Positions 63,119-64,000 of a stretch of 64,000 nt of DNA are shown piece by piece. Origin of the DNA: Gemmatimonadaceae bacterium (GTDB lineage: Bacteria > Gemmatimonadota > Gemmatimonadetes > Gemmatimonadales > Gemmatimonadaceae). Location: NCBI GenBank assembly GCA_036564355.1, contig DATCPC010000174.1, positions 1,576 through 65,575 on the forward strand. Reading direction: 5' to 3'. The notes beneath the pieces are model-generated. The model saw only the letters and a program-made list of their open reading frames with translations. It did not search any database and was not told the origin of the DNA. Position 1 is the stretch's first letter, and each line of letters begins with the position of its first letter. Made by a program: the position numbers and the translations under genes.

Positions 63119-64000
63119 GTTTCGGCGTGGAAGAACTCCGCAAGCGCGAGTTCCCTTGGACGCAGAGAGAGGAGACCACATTCCTCGACAATGCGAAGAC
63201 GGGAGCACTGCCGGCGCGCGCGGTGAAGGCGCTTGCGACATGGAACGAGCTTCGCTCGGAGCCGTACCGGCTTTCGACGTATCAGGACCTCGAGGTTTTC
63301 CTCAAGACTCGCGAGCTGGTTGCAAAGCTGATCGGCGCCCAAACCGGCGACATCGCCTGCACGGCGAACACGTCGCACGGCATCAACGTCGCGTCGTTGT
63401 GCCTGCCGCTCCAACGTGGCGACGTCGTGCTCACCTACGAAGGCGAATACCCCGCGGACGTCTATCCGTGGATGTCGCTCGCGAAGAAGGGCGTGACGCT
63501 CGAGATGATTCCGAAGCGCGACGGGCTGCAGGATGAGGCGCGGCTGCTCGAGGAGCTGAAGCGTCCGGAGATAAAGGTCGTCACGATGAGCTGGGTGTCG
63601 TTCTCGACGGGCTATCGAGCGGACCTGGCGACGATCGGCCGCGCGTGCAGAGAGCGCGGGATTTATTTTGTGGTCGATGCGATTCAGGGTGTCGGCGCGA
63701 TGACGCTCGATGTCTCGAAGCTCGAGATCGACATACTCGCGTGCGGCGGTCAGAAGTGGCTGCTGTCTCCGTGGGGAACGGGATTCGTGTACGTGCGCGA
63801 AGAATTGGCGCGCAAGCTGGAGCCGGCTGTCGTCGGGTGGCTCGCGATGGAGTCGAGCGAGGACTTCACGCGCATGGTCGACTACGAGCTCAAGTACTAC
63901 GACGATGCGCGGCGATTTCAGATCAACACGCTACCGGCGCAGGATTTCGCGGCGCTCAATGCGAGCATCGAGATGTTTCTGGAGTTGGGTCCGGCAGCGG
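63115..64000 (+). CDS. Class V PLP-dependent aminotransferase/desulfurase-like enzyme (N-terminal about 295 aa; runs off the right edge)
   Basis: My own translation from the ATG at 63115, which overlaps the dppC-like stop (ATGA): MSFGVEELRKREFPW...TANTSHGINVA...YFVVDAIQGVGAM...ACGGQKWLLSPWGTGFVYVR (PLP-Lys region). Confidence 0.8.
   Translation, partial: MSFGVEELRKREFPWTQREETTFLDNAKTGALPARAVKALATWNELRSEPYRLSTYQDLEVFLKTRELVAKLIGAQTGDIACTANTSHGINVASLCLPLQRGDVVLTYEGEYPADVYPWMSLAKKGVTLEMIPKRDGLQDEARLLEELKRPEIKVVTMSWVSFSTGYRADLATIGRACRERGIYFVVDAIQGVGAMTLDVSKLEIDILACGGQKWLLSPWGTGFVYVREELARKLEPAVVGWLAMESSEDFTRMVDYELKYYDDARRFQINTLPAQDFAALNASIEMFLELGPAA

Overview
64-kb window of a very GC-rich (about 70% by spot counts) diderm bacterial chromosome. 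It is almost entirely coding: I recognise about 66 CDS. By eye I found no rRNA, tRNA, CRISPR array, transposase or integrase. The gene content (TamA/TamB, MsbA-like exporter, LpxL-type acyltransferase, GWxTD-like protein, PorX-like receiver-PglZ regulator) suggests a member of or relative of the FCB/Gemmatimonadota group; this is a low-confidence inference.

Layout, left to right:
- 1-4.9 kb, minus strand: GlcD-like oxidase (partial), sigma-70 family factor, aroB, PduO-type adenosyltransferase, Ser/Thr kinase.
- 5-9.3 kb, plus strand: ferredoxin-NADP reductase, LuxR-family regulator, flavoprotein monooxygenase.
- 9.3-12.3 kb, minus strand: LiaF-like protein, peptide-type ABC permease and binding protein.
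- 12.4-25.6 kb, plus strand: receiver-GGDEF protein, TamA, TamB, lipid kinase, hybrid histidine kinase, NtrC-like regulator, two small proteins, NlpC/P60 peptidase.
- 25.6-28.1 kb, minus strand: M13 peptidase plus a coupled 144-aa protein.
- 28.2-32.7 kb, plus strand: EamA, HAD, CYTH, acpS, FTR1.
- 32.7-48.5 kb, minus strand: a very tightly coupled 19-gene block containing queA, tgt, yajC, def, fmt, thiESG, rsmB, a PASTA protein, rpe, tsaD and lgt.
- 48.5-56.7 kb, minus strand: TPR protein, ruvB, low-GC islet, aminotransferase, ruvA, ruvC, yebC, a DnaB C-terminal-only protein.
- 56.8-64 kb, plus strand: envelope/LPS block.

The only clearly accessory DNA is a roughly 1.5-kb low-GC islet at 50.7-52.2 kb. 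It carries an XRE-HTH/Fic pair ('mobile mystery protein A/B' type). Upstream of the pair is an 18-23% GC leader with four TATAAGC-N4-GCTTATA palindromes spaced exactly 33 bp apart.

Other points worth a second look:
- A PASTA protein without a kinase domain sits in the PrkC position of the conserved def-fmt-rsmB...rpe cluster.
- thiE-thiS-thiG are inserted into that cluster with no room for a THI-box leader.
- The NtrC-family activator lacks the GAFTGA loop.
- A DnaB paralog has only the C-terminal domain.
- A perfect 29-bp tandem duplication at a gene junction creates a 10-codon mini-ORF.

I cannot point to a clearly novel multi-gene system. All functional calls come from reading the translations and recognising motifs; no database search was possible.
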